DNA of 64,000 nt from Verrucomicrobiota bacterium (lineage in GTDB: Bacteria; Verrucomicrobiota; Kiritimatiellia; UBA8416; JBHORK01), in contig JBHORK010000006.1 in NCBI GenBank assembly GCA_042565725.1, positions 1,374-65,373 of the forward strand. Direction: 5' to 3'. Shown piece after piece: positions 1 to 9,587 of this stretch; positions within the stretch are counted from its first letter, which is position 1, and the number at the start of each line of letters is the position of its first letter. The translations under genes were made by a program, and so were the position numbers. Below the pieces are notes generated by a model. The model saw only the letters and a list, made by a program, of their open reading frames with translations. It ran no database searches and was not told the origin of the DNA.

Positions 1-202
1 GAGCATCAGCGCTTATTTCAACGCCCGGTATTCCTTCCAGTCTCTTATTCTCACACGCTTCCAGGAAACGGTCTATTCCGGCGGTGCTGTCGTGGTCGGT
101 CAATGCCATCGCGGTCAGACCGCAATCCAAAGCTTTATCAACTAATTCTTCCGGCGTAAAACTTCCATCAGAAAACATTGAATGTACGTGTAAATCAATC
201 AT
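1..202 (-). CDS. PHP-domain metal-dependent phosphoesterase, N-terminal fragment running off the window
   Basis: Reverse translation from the ATG at 202 gives MIDLHVHSMFSDGSFTPEELVDKALDCGLTAMALTDHDSTAGIDRF..., a canonical PHP N-terminus (DLHxHS, SDG, TDHD). The frame stays open to position 1. It is absent from the ORF track because it is truncated. Confidence 0.8.
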   Translation of the reverse strand, partial: MIDLHVHSMFSDGSFTPEELVDKALDCGLTAMALTDHDSTAGIDRFLEACENKRLEGIPGVEISADA

Positions 203-287
203 GGGGTTGGTTCTTAGTTCTTGGTTCTTGGTTCTTGGTTGCTCTGCCCACTGTCCTCAGCCCTCTCTTCCGTTCATCACTTATCAT

Positions 288-671
288 TCATAATTCATCG
301 TTTTCTTTCCAATAACTTGCCTTACTGCCGGGTGTTTCATTTACCGATACGCGACATATACTATAAGCATCACAATTGAGCTTCTCCGCCAGTTCACTGT
401 AAAGATAAGTTGCGATATTTTCAGATGTCGGATTCTTGTCTTTGAAAGCGACAACCGTATTAAGGTCGCGATGATCCAGCTTATTCATAACATCATCAAC
501 TGCATCTCTAAGCTTCCGAAAATCAATCAAAATCCCTGTCTCATCCAAGCCTTTGCCCCGAACAAACACTTCTACATCCCAATTGTGTCCGTGCTGAGTC
601 TCACATTTCCCCTGGTACCCTTCCAGATGATGTGCCGCAGAAAAATGAGTTTTTATACTGACTTCAAACAT
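288..671 (-). CDS. queD: 6-carboxy-5,6,7,8-tetrahydropterin synthase (QueD / PTPS family)
   Basis: Contains the Cx3HGH motif (KCETQHGHNWDVEV) and has the length and profile of QueD. I start it at the internal ATG (MFEVSIKTHF) because the upstream 51 codons of the tracked ORF cross a repeat-rich spacer. Confidence 0.85.
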   Translation of the reverse strand: MFEVSIKTHFSAAHHLEGYQGKCETQHGHNWDVEVFVRGKGLDETGILIDFRKLRDAVDDVMNKLDHRDLNTVVAFKDKNPTSENIATYLYSELAEKLNCDAYSICRVSVNETPGSKASYWKENDEL

Positions 672-683
672 GGGTTTCTTTCC

Positions 684-748
684 GGTTACAAGTTGCAAGT
701 TACAAAATCTTGAATCCCTCTTCTTCTGTAACCTGTAACCCCTGTAAC
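684..748. repeat. Inverted arrays of the heptamer GTTACAR / CTGTAAC forming a long imperfect hairpin in the queD leader
   Basis: GGTTACAAGTTGCAAGTTACAA (684-705) faces CTGTAACCTGTAACCCCTGTAAC (726-748) across a 20-nt spacer. Confidence 0.7.
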
Positions 749-753
749 TCTTT

Positions 754-1431
754 TTATACCTGATAACATCCTGCCACTTCTTCCATCTTTCGTTCAGCGA
801 AATATTTCGAAATCGCTGTATCATATTCCGCCGTATGCGTAAATGCTTTTACAGCTAACTCAAACCGTGATTTCAGCGATATAAGACCCTTAGAATTCTT
901 CAATTCGGACAGAATTATACTGTAATCTCCCGGATCCGTTACAGAAGCTACGCGCAGAAAGTTTTTGGCCGAAGCACGGACCATGCACGGCCCGCCGATA
1001 TCAATATTCGCGCGCGCTTTTTCAGGCGTAGCATCAGGCTTGGCAATAGTTTCTTTGAACGGATAAAGATTAGCAATAACCATGTCGATTGCCACGCCAT
1101 TAAGACGTTTAAGATCATCCACGTGCGCCTCATTATAAGTTTCGCTCAGCAGTCCGAGATAAATTTTAAAATCCAGAGTCTTTACCAGCCCACCCTGCAT
1201 TTCCGGCTGACCCGTAAAATCGGAAACTGCCGTAAGATTTTTCAAAGCTTTTTCTCCCAGAATTTCAGCAATCGTCTTAAAAGTCCCGCCGGTAGAATAA
1301 ATCATAATATCGGGATTAATTTCTACCAGTCCCGGTATCAACTCATCCAACCCGGCCTTGTCGGAAACACTGGCCAGAACACTTTTAACCTTTACCGCGT
1401 CATCAATCTTTTCCACAAAATTTACCGCCAT
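754..1431 (-). CDS. IMP cyclohydrolase, stand-alone PurH N-terminal MGS-like domain
   Basis: SVSDKAGL, STGGT, FTGQPEMQGGLVKTL and NLYPF...IDIGGPCMVRASAKN match the IMPCH half of PurH. At 225 aa there is no AICAR formyltransferase half. Confidence 0.8.
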   Translation of the reverse strand: MAVNFVEKIDDAVKVKSVLASVSDKAGLDELIPGLVEINPDIMIYSTGGTFKTIAEILGEKALKNLTAVSDFTGQPEMQGGLVKTLDFKIYLGLLSETYNEAHVDDLKRLNGVAIDMVIANLYPFKETIAKPDATPEKARANIDIGGPCMVRASAKNFLRVASVTDPGDYSIILSELKNSKGLISLKSRFELAVKAFTHTAEYDTAISKYFAERKMEEVAGCYQV

Positions 1432-1664
1432 GACAATCTCCTTATTCTATAGAGTTCTGCAAAACACAGAGCGGACATCATATATGGAACTCGCAAGGAA
1501 ATTCAAACTTTCTTTTCTACATTCCCCGTTAAACACCAGCGCACCCGTCCGCTGCGGGTTCGATTTTTGAACGAAATTCTTCCTGCATTCTGAAATAAAC
1601 ACAAGAACACAGCACAGTCATTAACCATTGACCATCATCAGCCATCCATTTACCATGGCTACCC

Positions 1665-2345
1665 ATGAAAATTCTCGCCATAGAACAATCAACTGTTGCC
1701 GGCAGTGCCGCCATACTCGAAGATAACACTGTTTTGAGCGAAAAAACATGGGACGAGACAGGCATCCGCAATCAGCAGCTTTTTTCGGTTATCCGCGAAT
1801 TACTGGATGAATTGTCCGTTGAACCATCCGATATTGACACATACGCCGTAGGGCTCGGTCCCGGTTCGTTTTCAGGCATCAGAATCGCTCTTTCAGCGGC
1901 ACGCGGTCTTGCCCTTCCGGGTCGGAAACCTGTTATTGGAATCAGCAGCGGTGAAATTCTTGCCATGGACATTATGAACGAAAAAGACGTCCCTGAAGTC
2001 ACAGTTATCGGTGACGCGCGCCGTAAACGTTTCTGGCTTGCCCGCTTTGAACGAACAAACGAATGCCTTAAAATAAAAACCGCGTATTCTCTTATCGGCA
2101 TTGATGAACTTTCCGAAGCCTTGAAGAACGATCCGCTTATTGTCAGCCCTGACTGGGACCGAATAGGCGAAGAACTAAAGAAATTATCTCTCCCGAATAC
2201 CACAATCATAGAAGAAAAACGGATGCCCCGCGCGAGAATAGCAGGTAAACTGGCTTTAAGACGAATCAACAGCAATCAGCCGCTGGAAAAACCAACCCCT
2301 GTTTACCTCCATCCTCCCGTGTTCGTTGAGCCAAAATTCACCTGA
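1665..2345 (+). CDS. tsaB: tRNA threonylcarbamoyladenosine (t6A) biosynthesis protein TsaB (YeaZ)
   Basis: N-terminus MKILAIEQST...VGLGPGSFSGIRIALSAARGLAL is the typical TsaB/YeaZ signature. Confidence 0.85.
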   Translation: MKILAIEQSTVAGSAAILEDNTVLSEKTWDETGIRNQQLFSVIRELLDELSVEPSDIDTYAVGLGPGSFSGIRIALSAARGLALPGRKPVIGISSGEILAMDIMNEKDVPEVTVIGDARRKRFWLARFERTNECLKIKTAYSLIGIDELSEALKNDPLIVSPDWDRIGEELKKLSLPNTTIIEEKRMPRARIAGKLALRRINSNQPLEKPTPVYLHPPVFVEPKFT

Positions 2346-2407
2346 TATGTTTCTCAGCATAAATTCCTATTGATATTCCCGGTTCACGGCTATAGACTCA
2401 CTGGGTT

Positions 2408-4864
2408 ATGAGTCGTTGTTTATTCTTATGCCGCGTCTTTCTCTCTGTATTCATCTTTTCCTTTTTATACTGTTTACCTCTATGCGCCATCGAAAAAGCG
2501 GAATGCGGCTTCGGCAATATGGTAACCTACGGAAAATGGTTTCCCGTCCGTGTCAATTCGCCTGATAAGATTCAACAGCTCAAGGTCGAGGTAATGAAGC
2601 CTTACTATTATTATGGAGACAACCCGAAAAAAAACAACGTGCAGGCCATTTACCGGGCAGCACCAGGAAAAAATCGGGTCTCATGCAGGATTACGGATGA
2701 TAATTGTCCTGTTATATGCAAATGGACTACTGCTGATGGATTGGAACATTCATGCTTTCTTCGACCGTTAATTAATAATGATGCTAATTTTATTCTTGTC
2801 GTCAGCGACCAGCCGCAGGCATTTGATTTTCTATCGGGAATACGTATCGACGACTATATTGAGTGCCGATGGGCCGAAGCCACGGCAAATAACTTTCCGG
2901 AACACTGGAGGGATCTGGAAGGAATTGACGCCATTATCCTGGATGGCGCAACAAAAAAAATATTCTCACCTGCGCAGAAAACAGCGTTTAAACACTGGCT
3001 TGCGGCGGGAGGCACAGTCTATATCACTCCCAACGCGTTAAAGATGGGCGCTAAAGGCACATGGGACCTGTATCCGGGCGTAACCGTCGCCCCAAAGTCA
3101 ACACCCGTAACAGTGCCGTCACTGCAGAATCTGATACCCAAATTCTCCGACTACCTGAAAAAAGTGCCCAGCGTAGACCTGCATGTGCCCCCTCTTGAAA
3201 GAGTAATCTATAGTCCAAAAGACACACTGATCGGGGCACGCGATACGGGTAACGGGCGGGTTGTGGTTCTGGGCATGGACTTGAACGAACTCAAAATTGA
3301 CGAAAGAATTGTGTTCGAAGGACTACGCAAGGAACTGTGGACCAAACTGCTGGTACTGATACGTCCGGAAACATCGGATTTACTTCGCAACAACCTTATC
3401 ATACCTCAAGAAGCTAAAGCACGATACCTTGCGTGGCACATCATCATTTTTCTCGCAGCTTACGTAATAGCGCTGGGCCTTGTAAACTGGCTGGTCCTTC
3501 GTGGATTTAAACGCTTTGAATACAGTATTATTACATTGCCGATAGGCGCCTTATTATTCGCGGTTATCGCTTTCGGAACAGGCCTCAAGCTGAGAGGAAA
3601 CAAAACAATAATCAATGAAGTCAAGCTGACACTGAGCCAGAATTCCGGCATAGCCTACGCTTACGAAACTACTGGTATTTTATCTCCTGACCGAAAGCCG
3701 TTCACATTCAGCACAGACCCCTTTTCTCTGATCAATGTGGCCGAAGGGCGCCAGAGAAACAGGTACGGGCATAATAGATACGGAAACACGAAGCCCTTGG
3801 AAGAATATAAGTTTGGGGAGACCACGGATATTAAAGACGTCAAAGTAGGCACATGGACCATGGCGTTTCTCAACACGAAAAGCACCGACAACCTCGGCAA
3901 AGGTCTTGAGATCAGCACAGCCTTCAGCGGGAGCAATCTGGTTGGAAAAATAAAAGGCTCGCTTCCATTCGTCCTCAAAGATGCCCACATAATTTACAGA
4001 TGGCACAGGCAATGCCTGGGCGATCTCGGCCCGGAAGTTGACATTGAATTTTCTATGCCGCTGATAGCTGAAACGGATCTCAAAAGTACCCGCTGCCCCA
4101 ATTGCGGCGGCTTTCACCATGGCGGCTGGTTTTCAGAAGAGTTTGCAGAAAAATACCCGTTATCGGAAAGCCTGCGCGAAATCCTGAATGAGACTTCCGG
4201 CAGGGCACGACCTGAAGAACCTTTTTTAGCAGGCCATCCTGTGCAGACAAACCGGCTGATTGGTGTTAACCGGACAGAAACCATAGAATCTCAAAAGCAA
4301 ATCTGCGTTTTCCCTTCACAACTCAGCACGCGGGGACCTGACTTGGCCATTCCTTACGGAATCATTTCCGAACGAGATCTCGAGTATGAAGAAATGAATT
4401 CATTCGAATATGTGAATGACATCAATTACCAGTATATGCCGGAAATTCTCAAAAAACTCGGATTGGACAAGAAAGACGACACAAACACAAGAATGGACTA
4501 TCATTTTCAAACAACGCGCGAGCGCCTGATCATTTACAGGCTCCCGACAAGCACAACCCAATGGGATCCAACACATATCGGTTTTCTATGGATATTCGAT
4601 GAAGACGACTACGAGGAAAAAGAAAACCCGGCGCCTTTCCCCAAATTGCTCACCTATGATTGGGAAAAAGGAAACTGGCAGGAAATACATACCGCTCACA
4701 ATGGAACCAATGAAGTTACCCTTGCCAATCCAGAACAATTTATTAGCGAAACATCCGGCACCCTTGCGGTAAAGCTTAAAACCGAAAACATCGAGAACCC
4801 TAACCAATACAGAAGCGGTGCTTTACACATGACATGGCACGCTAGAGAATCAAAGGAAAAATGA
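2408..4864 (+). CDS. Large membrane-anchored hypothetical protein (818 aa), first gene of the ABC-2 transporter operon
   Basis: Has an N-terminal hydrophobic signal or anchor, two central TM helices (AWHIIIFLAAYVIALGLVNWLVL; ITLPIGALLFAVIAFG) and a CPNCGG motif. It lies 4 nt upstream of the ABC ATPase. I recognise no family. Confidence 0.7.
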   Translation: MSRCLFLCRVFLSVFIFSFLYCLPLCAIEKAECGFGNMVTYGKWFPVRVNSPDKIQQLKVEVMKPYYYYGDNPKKNNVQAIYRAAPGKNRVSCRITDDNCPVICKWTTADGLEHSCFLRPLINNDANFILVVSDQPQAFDFLSGIRIDDYIECRWAEATANNFPEHWRDLEGIDAIILDGATKKIFSPAQKTAFKHWLAAGGTVYITPNALKMGAKGTWDLYPGVTVAPKSTPVTVPSLQNLIPKFSDYLKKVPSVDLHVPPLERVIYSPKDTLIGARDTGNGRVVVLGMDLNELKIDERIVFEGLRKELWTKLLVLIRPETSDLLRNNLIIPQEAKARYLAWHIIIFLAAYVIALGLVNWLVLRGFKRFEYSIITLPIGALLFAVIAFGTGLKLRGNKTIINEVKLTLSQNSGIAYAYETTGILSPDRKPFTFSTDPFSLINVAEGRQRNRYGHNRYGNTKPLEEYKFGETTDIKDVKVGTWTMAFLNTKSTDNLGKGLEISTAFSGSNLVGKIKGSLPFVLKDAHIIYRWHRQCLGDLGPEVDIEFSMPLIAETDLKSTRCPNCGGFHHGGWFSEEFAEKYPLSESLREILNETSGRARPEEPFLAGHPVQTNRLIGVNRTETIESQKQICVFPSQLSTRGPDLAIPYGIISERDLEYEEMNSFEYVNDINYQYMPEILKKLGLDKKDDTNTRMDYHFQTTRERLIIYRLPTSTTQWDPTHIGFLWIFDEDDYEEKENPAPFPKLLTYDWEKGNWQEIHTAHNGTNEVTLANPEQFISETSGTLAVKLKTENIENPNQYRSGALHMTWHARESKEK

Positions 4865-4868
4865 TTTT

Positions 4869-5789
4869 ATGATCCGACTCAACCAATTGACTGTTCGTTA
4901 CGGGAATCTGACAGCCGTAAAACAGATTTCTCTCGAAATTCCGCATGGCACGCTTTTCGGACTTGTCGGACCCAACGGCGCGGGTAAAACAACAACTCTA
5001 AAAGTTCTTGCCGGACTCATTCTGCCGTCGGAAGGCGGCGCGACAGTTGACGGCCTGGACGTTGTCGGTCAACGCATGGATGTCCAGCAACGTATCGGAT
5101 ATATGGCCGATTTCTTCGGTGTCTACGATTACCTGACAACCTATGAATATCTTTCATTTTTCGGAGGCATTTATGGAATGGAGCAGAATCTCCTCGAACA
5201 GCGCATTACTGAAATGCTTGAAATCACTAACCTGACAATAAAGCGCGACATGAATATCAAAACACTTTCAAGGGGCATGAAGCAAAGACTCTATTTCGCC
5301 CGATCCCTGATCCATAACCCGAAACTTCTCATTTTGGACGAACCTGCCTCCGGCATGGACCCCAGAGGACGGTCCGAGCTTTCCGACATCCTGCGTCGAG
5401 TCAATGAGAAAGGAACAACAATCATTATTTCCTCTCACATTCTTGAAGAGATCCAGGGACTCTGCGGTTCCGTGGGCGTCATGGAGCTCGGCCGACTTGT
5501 GGGAACGCGGGAACTTAAACACGGCGCCGACAAATACCGCAATGTTCTTCTGCTGGTTCACGCGGATGACGTTAATCGAACGATTGAAATTCTAAAGTCT
5601 AACGCAGACGTTTCCGGAACAGAAACACACGGAACACAAATCGCCGTTCAGATAAACGACAGCGATGAAACAGTAAGCAGTCTGGTAAAGGACCTGGTCA
5701 ACGCCGGGGTCCGAATTCAACTGCCAAAATACGAGGCTGATAACCTTAAAGATATGTTCCTGGAGATGACAAAGGGAGAACTTACATAA
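4869..5789 (+). CDS. ABC transporter ATP-binding protein
   Basis: Walker A GPNGAGKTT, signature LSRGMKQRL and Walker B LLILDEP. Confidence 0.95.
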   Translation: MIRLNQLTVRYGNLTAVKQISLEIPHGTLFGLVGPNGAGKTTTLKVLAGLILPSEGGATVDGLDVVGQRMDVQQRIGYMADFFGVYDYLTTYEYLSFFGGIYGMEQNLLEQRITEMLEITNLTIKRDMNIKTLSRGMKQRLYFARSLIHNPKLLILDEPASGMDPRGRSELSDILRRVNEKGTTIIISSHILEEIQGLCGSVGVMELGRLVGTRELKHGADKYRNVLLLVHADDVNRTIEILKSNADVSGTETHGTQIAVQINDSDETVSSLVKDLVNAGVRIQLPKYEADNLKDMFLEMTKGELT

Positions 5790-7321
5790 TGTCCCGGCAT
5801 TCCATATTTAACAAGTATCTCATCATAAAGGAGTTACGCACGCGAATGAGGTCGAAAGCCGGTATACTGGTGGCAAACCTCTATGTGCTGGTACTGAGCG
5901 CTTACATGATTGTTATTTATCATTCCGAAGGCGGTTTTGACGATACATTGGGCAGTGTAATTGGTTCATCTATATGCCGTTTGATCTCATTTACCCAATT
6001 ATGGATTATCATTGTTGTCTGCCCTCTCATTACGGCTTCAACTATAACCAGCGAAAGGGAACAGAAAACGTTTGATAGTTTGTTTGCCGCGCCGGTTTCA
6101 ATAGGCCGCGTTGTTGCCGCAAAACTCCTGGCTGCAATGGGTTATTTCTTCGCGCTGTTATTCATTTCCCTGCCTTTGATGTCGCTTTCCTTCATCCTTG
6201 GAGGTGTGTCTCCAACTACTATAGCAGAAGCGTACACCGTAACTTTCTGCCATACAATTTTTGTGGGTGCCATCGGATTCTACTGGTCAACACGGTTCCA
6301 GCGCAGTATCGCCGCAATCCCCGCAGCCAGCATCACTGTGCTTACCGTAAGCATAATTCCTATGGTATTCGATGAAATGGGTGACTCATTTCTCAGCACG
6401 ATATCATCCATTGTATCACTCGCGGCAATTCATACCGGTAATACCATTTCTTTCCTGGGCGAATCCTGTCCAGCATGGGTACCTGGCACCATCCTGGCGG
6501 TGCTTTTGGCAATATATCTTATCAGGGCCTCTGTGGTTCGGCTTCATTTTGCTCCTGAACGTTATTATGTATTCCTGCGCTTTATGTTTCTGCTTATCCT
6601 CCTGGCGGTTTTCACTTTCATCGTGGGCAAAAACTTTGGCGAGGAATCAGAACACCCGACTATAGCCGATATCAGATCGATCTTCAGTCTGATTTCATTT
6701 TCAACAATAATTCTGGCCCCATGGCTTGGCGCAAACCGCACTGTTGCCGACAGTGACAAAACGAAACCGGCACGTACCGGATTTGTGCGTTTCCTGAGAA
6801 CCATGTTCTTGTCGGCACCCGGATTCCTTATTTTGCTGGCTCTTGGCGGAGCCGCTGTTCTTACCGTCGGACTCCAGTTCAATAAACAAATTCTTCCGGT
6901 CAGCATTCCTCTCATCTGGCTTGCTTTCTTTGGAGTAATAACGCTTAGCGCGGTAACATGGTCGCTCCTGGCTCAGTTCCTGACAAACCGCGCCACCAGG
7001 AAAGGTTATTGGATTGCGCTGGTTATCACATATATTCTGGTTATCGTGGTTACGGTGGTTCCCTCGATTCTTGAAGGAGCGCTGAAAAACGAAGAAACAA
7101 TGGTCAGCCCGCCCGCCATCCAGTTTTTAGCAACAATATCTCCCGGTTTCGCAACAGAACGGGTGCAGGCAGGAAAGTTCTTTGCCAGAAATTACCCGAG
7201 CCTGATGCGCCTTACAAAACCTGTTGATCCGCTCTTTATCACAACTGGTCTGTACGCTATCCTGACGACAGCCCTTGCGCTCCTTGTCATAAGAAAGAAG
7301 CGAAAATGCCAGAAGAAATGA
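5789..7321 (+). CDS. ABC-2 type transporter permease (multi-pass membrane protein)
   Basis: 510 aa with about 12 hydrophobic segments. Its start overlaps the ATPase stop codon (ATAATG). Confidence 0.8.
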   Translation: MSRHSIFNKYLIIKELRTRMRSKAGILVANLYVLVLSAYMIVIYHSEGGFDDTLGSVIGSSICRLISFTQLWIIIVVCPLITASTITSEREQKTFDSLFAAPVSIGRVVAAKLLAAMGYFFALLFISLPLMSLSFILGGVSPTTIAEAYTVTFCHTIFVGAIGFYWSTRFQRSIAAIPAASITVLTVSIIPMVFDEMGDSFLSTISSIVSLAAIHTGNTISFLGESCPAWVPGTILAVLLAIYLIRASVVRLHFAPERYYVFLRFMFLLILLAVFTFIVGKNFGEESEHPTIADIRSIFSLISFSTIILAPWLGANRTVADSDKTKPARTGFVRFLRTMFLSAPGFLILLALGGAAVLTVGLQFNKQILPVSIPLIWLAFFGVITLSAVTWSLLAQFLTNRATRKGYWIALVITYILVIVVTVVPSILEGALKNEETMVSPPAIQFLATISPGFATERVQAGKFFARNYPSLMRLTKPVDPLFITTGLYAILTTALALLVIRKKRKCQKK

Positions 7322-8547
7322 TGGTTCTACCGGAATTACTTATACCTGCCGGCAACATGTCTAAACTTCGTACCGCCCTGGCTTACGGAGCCGATGCCGT
7401 GTATGTCGGCGCTGCGGGCATGTCCATGCGGCCTGATGAAGCTTCTTTTTCTGCCGACACGCTGATTGAAGCTGTTGAACTCACTCATTCGCACGGTAAA
7501 AGAATCTATGTCGGCATAAACAGTATGCTCTTTCAGGAAGATATGGCGCCGGTTAAGGAATGGCTGACTGCTACACGGGACCTGCCGTTTGATGCGATAA
7601 TTGTAGCCGATACCGGAGTTTTTTCTTTAATCAAAGAACTCCGCCCCGAACTGAGCATCCATATCTCTACTCAAATGAGTACTTCCAATTCTTACGGCGC
7701 CGCATTCTGGAAAAGAGCGGGAGCCAAAAGAGTAATCCTCGCGCGTGAATGCACTCTGGCGCACGCAAAAGAAATCACGGAAAAAAGCGAAATAGAACTA
7801 GAGATTTTTGTACACGGCGCGATGTGCATGGCAGTGTCCGGAAGATGTCTTTTGTCCGCTTATCTCTGTGGCAGAAGCGCATCAAGAGGAGATTGTAAAC
7901 ATTCCTGCCGCTGGGAATGGCAGCTTGTAGAACAGAACCGGTCCGGAGAAGAAGCTTTTCCGATATTCGAAACTGAACGCGAAACGGTCTTCCTGGGCTC
8001 TAAAGATCTTTGCCTTATAGAACATATCCCACAGCTTGTGCAAAGCGGTCTGAGCTCGCTTAAAGTTGAAGGGAGAATGAAAAGCGAGTATTACGTTGCT
8101 GCGGTTACACGGGTATATCGCGCCGCGCTTGACAGTTACTTAAAGGATCCTGACAAATATCAGGTCGACCCTGAATGGCTGGAAGAACTTGAAGCCGTAA
8201 GCCATCGCCCGTACTCGACCGGATTCGCGTTCGGATACCCGCCCGAAGAAGCAGAATCTCTGCAAACCCATAACAGTCCAGTAAGCACATGTGAAGTTCT
8301 CGGATTCATCATAGATATTTCAGACGGTATACATTCCATATCGGTAAAAAATCCATTTGAAACAAATGAAGAAATAGAATGGATAGGGCCTGACATGATT
8401 GGCGGAAAAGTGTCTGTTAAAGAGATTTACAACGACAAACAGCAATTACTGGAAAGATCGCATTGCGGCACTGAAGTGTCCGTCACATTCAAGCAGGATA
8501 TCACCCTGCCCGATAACGCCATACTGCGCCGGAGACTGGCTGAATAA
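7318..8547 (+). CDS. Peptidase U32 family protein (collagenase-like; RlhA/TrhP-type)
   Basis: PELLIPAGN...ALAYGADAVYVG, a C-rich centre (GDCKHSCRWEW) and a LKVEGRMK block. ATGA overlap with the permease stop. An alternative start exists at 7306. Confidence 0.85.
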   Translation: MMVLPELLIPAGNMSKLRTALAYGADAVYVGAAGMSMRPDEASFSADTLIEAVELTHSHGKRIYVGINSMLFQEDMAPVKEWLTATRDLPFDAIIVADTGVFSLIKELRPELSIHISTQMSTSNSYGAAFWKRAGAKRVILARECTLAHAKEITEKSEIELEIFVHGAMCMAVSGRCLLSAYLCGRSASRGDCKHSCRWEWQLVEQNRSGEEAFPIFETERETVFLGSKDLCLIEHIPQLVQSGLSSLKVEGRMKSEYYVAAVTRVYRAALDSYLKDPDKYQVDPEWLEELEAVSHRPYSTGFAFGYPPEEAESLQTHNSPVSTCEVLGFIIDISDGIHSISVKNPFETNEEIEWIGPDMIGGKVSVKEIYNDKQQLLERSHCGTEVSVTFKQDITLPDNAILRRRLAE

Positions 8548-8551
8548 ACAG

Positions 8552-9376
8552 TTACGGCATCGTATATAAACCTGTCAGAACAAACTTTGTCAGCGAAGCC
8601 CCGCTGACATCCCCTTTGCCGATAGCCATAAGCTGTTTGTCGATAAATTCTTCAATTTTCTGCATCTTTTTACCTTGTTTTACTTCTGTTTTTGAGCTCA
8701 AGCGAATTTTTCTGCCCTTCTCATCTACAAGCCATAACCCTTGCTTATCTTTTGTGACTGTACCAAATATAATTTTAAGGGCCTTCTGGGCTTCTTTCTC
8801 GTCCACTCTCTTAACACTTGAGATCATGAACTTTCCTATATTATCCTTGCTGAGATCCACCCCTCCGCCTGTAGCTATAACTCTCGCGCCGGCCATATCC
8901 CGCAGCTTTACGCCTTCTTCTCCGGATTTCACACGATTCGTTAAATATACCTTTCTGCCCAAATCATCTACCAGGCATAAGTATGTATCGCCGTGTGTAA
9001 CCGAAACAAAAAGCCTGCCTTCCAAAGTTGTTGCGCCACCCTCTCCCTCTCCTGCTTTACTCAGGCCTGTTACAGTGAATCCTTTTAAAGACTTATCGGT
9101 ACTTGTCCCCCTGCCCGTGGCTACAACCTTCTCACCAAGAAAATCTTCCGTATTTACAGCATTTTTACCAAATCCTATCTTTCGTGGCAAACTAACTTTC
9201 CTGCCCTTATCATCCACCAGCCAGAACGAAGCACCTTCTTTTTTAACTGTGCCCTCTACAGTTGGCGACCCTTTTTTTGTCTTTTTCTTCTGTGTCTTAG
9301 AGTTTGCAGCCACAGCTCCGGCCACTAATGAAAATACAAATCCTGCAATCAATAGATTTAACAACAAACGTTTCAT
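8552..9376 (-). CDS. Secreted lysine-rich repeat protein, paralog 1 (three ~75-aa modules)
   Basis: Signal peptide MKRLLLNLLIAGFVFSLVAGAVA with the RBS AAGGAGGAG upstream. Module pattern is EGTVKKxGxxFWLVDDKGRKVxL...AVNTEDFLGxxVxATGxG. Paralogs lie at 26297-26998 and 28130-28726. Confidence 0.85.
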   Translation of the reverse strand: MKRLLLNLLIAGFVFSLVAGAVAANSKTQKKKTKKGSPTVEGTVKKEGASFWLVDDKGRKVSLPRKIGFGKNAVNTEDFLGEKVVATGRGTSTDKSLKGFTVTGLSKAGEGEGGATTLEGRLFVSVTHGDTYLCLVDDLGRKVYLTNRVKSGEEGVKLRDMAGARVIATGGGVDLSKDNIGKFMISSVKRVDEKEAQKALKIIFGTVTKDKQGLWLVDEKGRKIRLSSKTEVKQGKKMQKIEEFIDKQLMAIGKGDVSGASLTKFVLTGLYTMP

Positions 9377-9475
9377 GGAACTCCTCCTTTTAATGTATCC
9401 ATATCAATAATCCTATATATGATATCTTATCTGTTTTTCTTTTAAAAGAGAGTTTTTATCTTCGGGAGTGATTTA

Positions 9476-9504
9476 TTGACAACTGCGCATTTCCGTGATA
9501 TTTG
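9476..9504 (+). promoter_or_regulatory. Possible sigma-70 promoter for the tRNA-like array
   Basis: TTGACA at 9476-9481. The -10 is weak (GATATT or TATTTG at 15-17 nt spacing). About 85 nt upstream of the first tRNA-like unit. Confidence 0.3.
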
Positions 9505-9587
9505 AGAGCTTTCTAAACTGATCCAACTTCGCTAACGGACAAATGTTTAGGATTTAGAAATTAGAATTTAGAATTTTCTTAATGATA

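Noticed and set aside
672-753. preQ1 riboswitch upstream of queD
   Set aside because: The spacer consists of opposed GTTACAG-type heptamer arrays. I cannot find the compact preQ1-I/II consensus as I remember it. It is reported only as a hairpin.
1543-1569. Possible intrinsic terminator or small RNA in the purH-like/tsaB divergent spacer (ACCCG-TCCGCTG-CGGGT followed by TCGATTTTTG)
   Set aside because: The stem is only 5 bp and the T-run is interrupted. No convincing promoter lies upstream. The evidence is too weak to report as a feature.
8616-9410. Long plus-strand ORF (264 aa), with similar ones at 26448-27140 and 28317-29024
   Set aside because: These are mirror ORFs antisense to the three Lys/Gly/Glu-rich paralogs. 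Their similarity to each other follows from the sense-strand paralogy. The sense ORFs have signal peptides and strong RBSs, and the antisense ORFs have neither.
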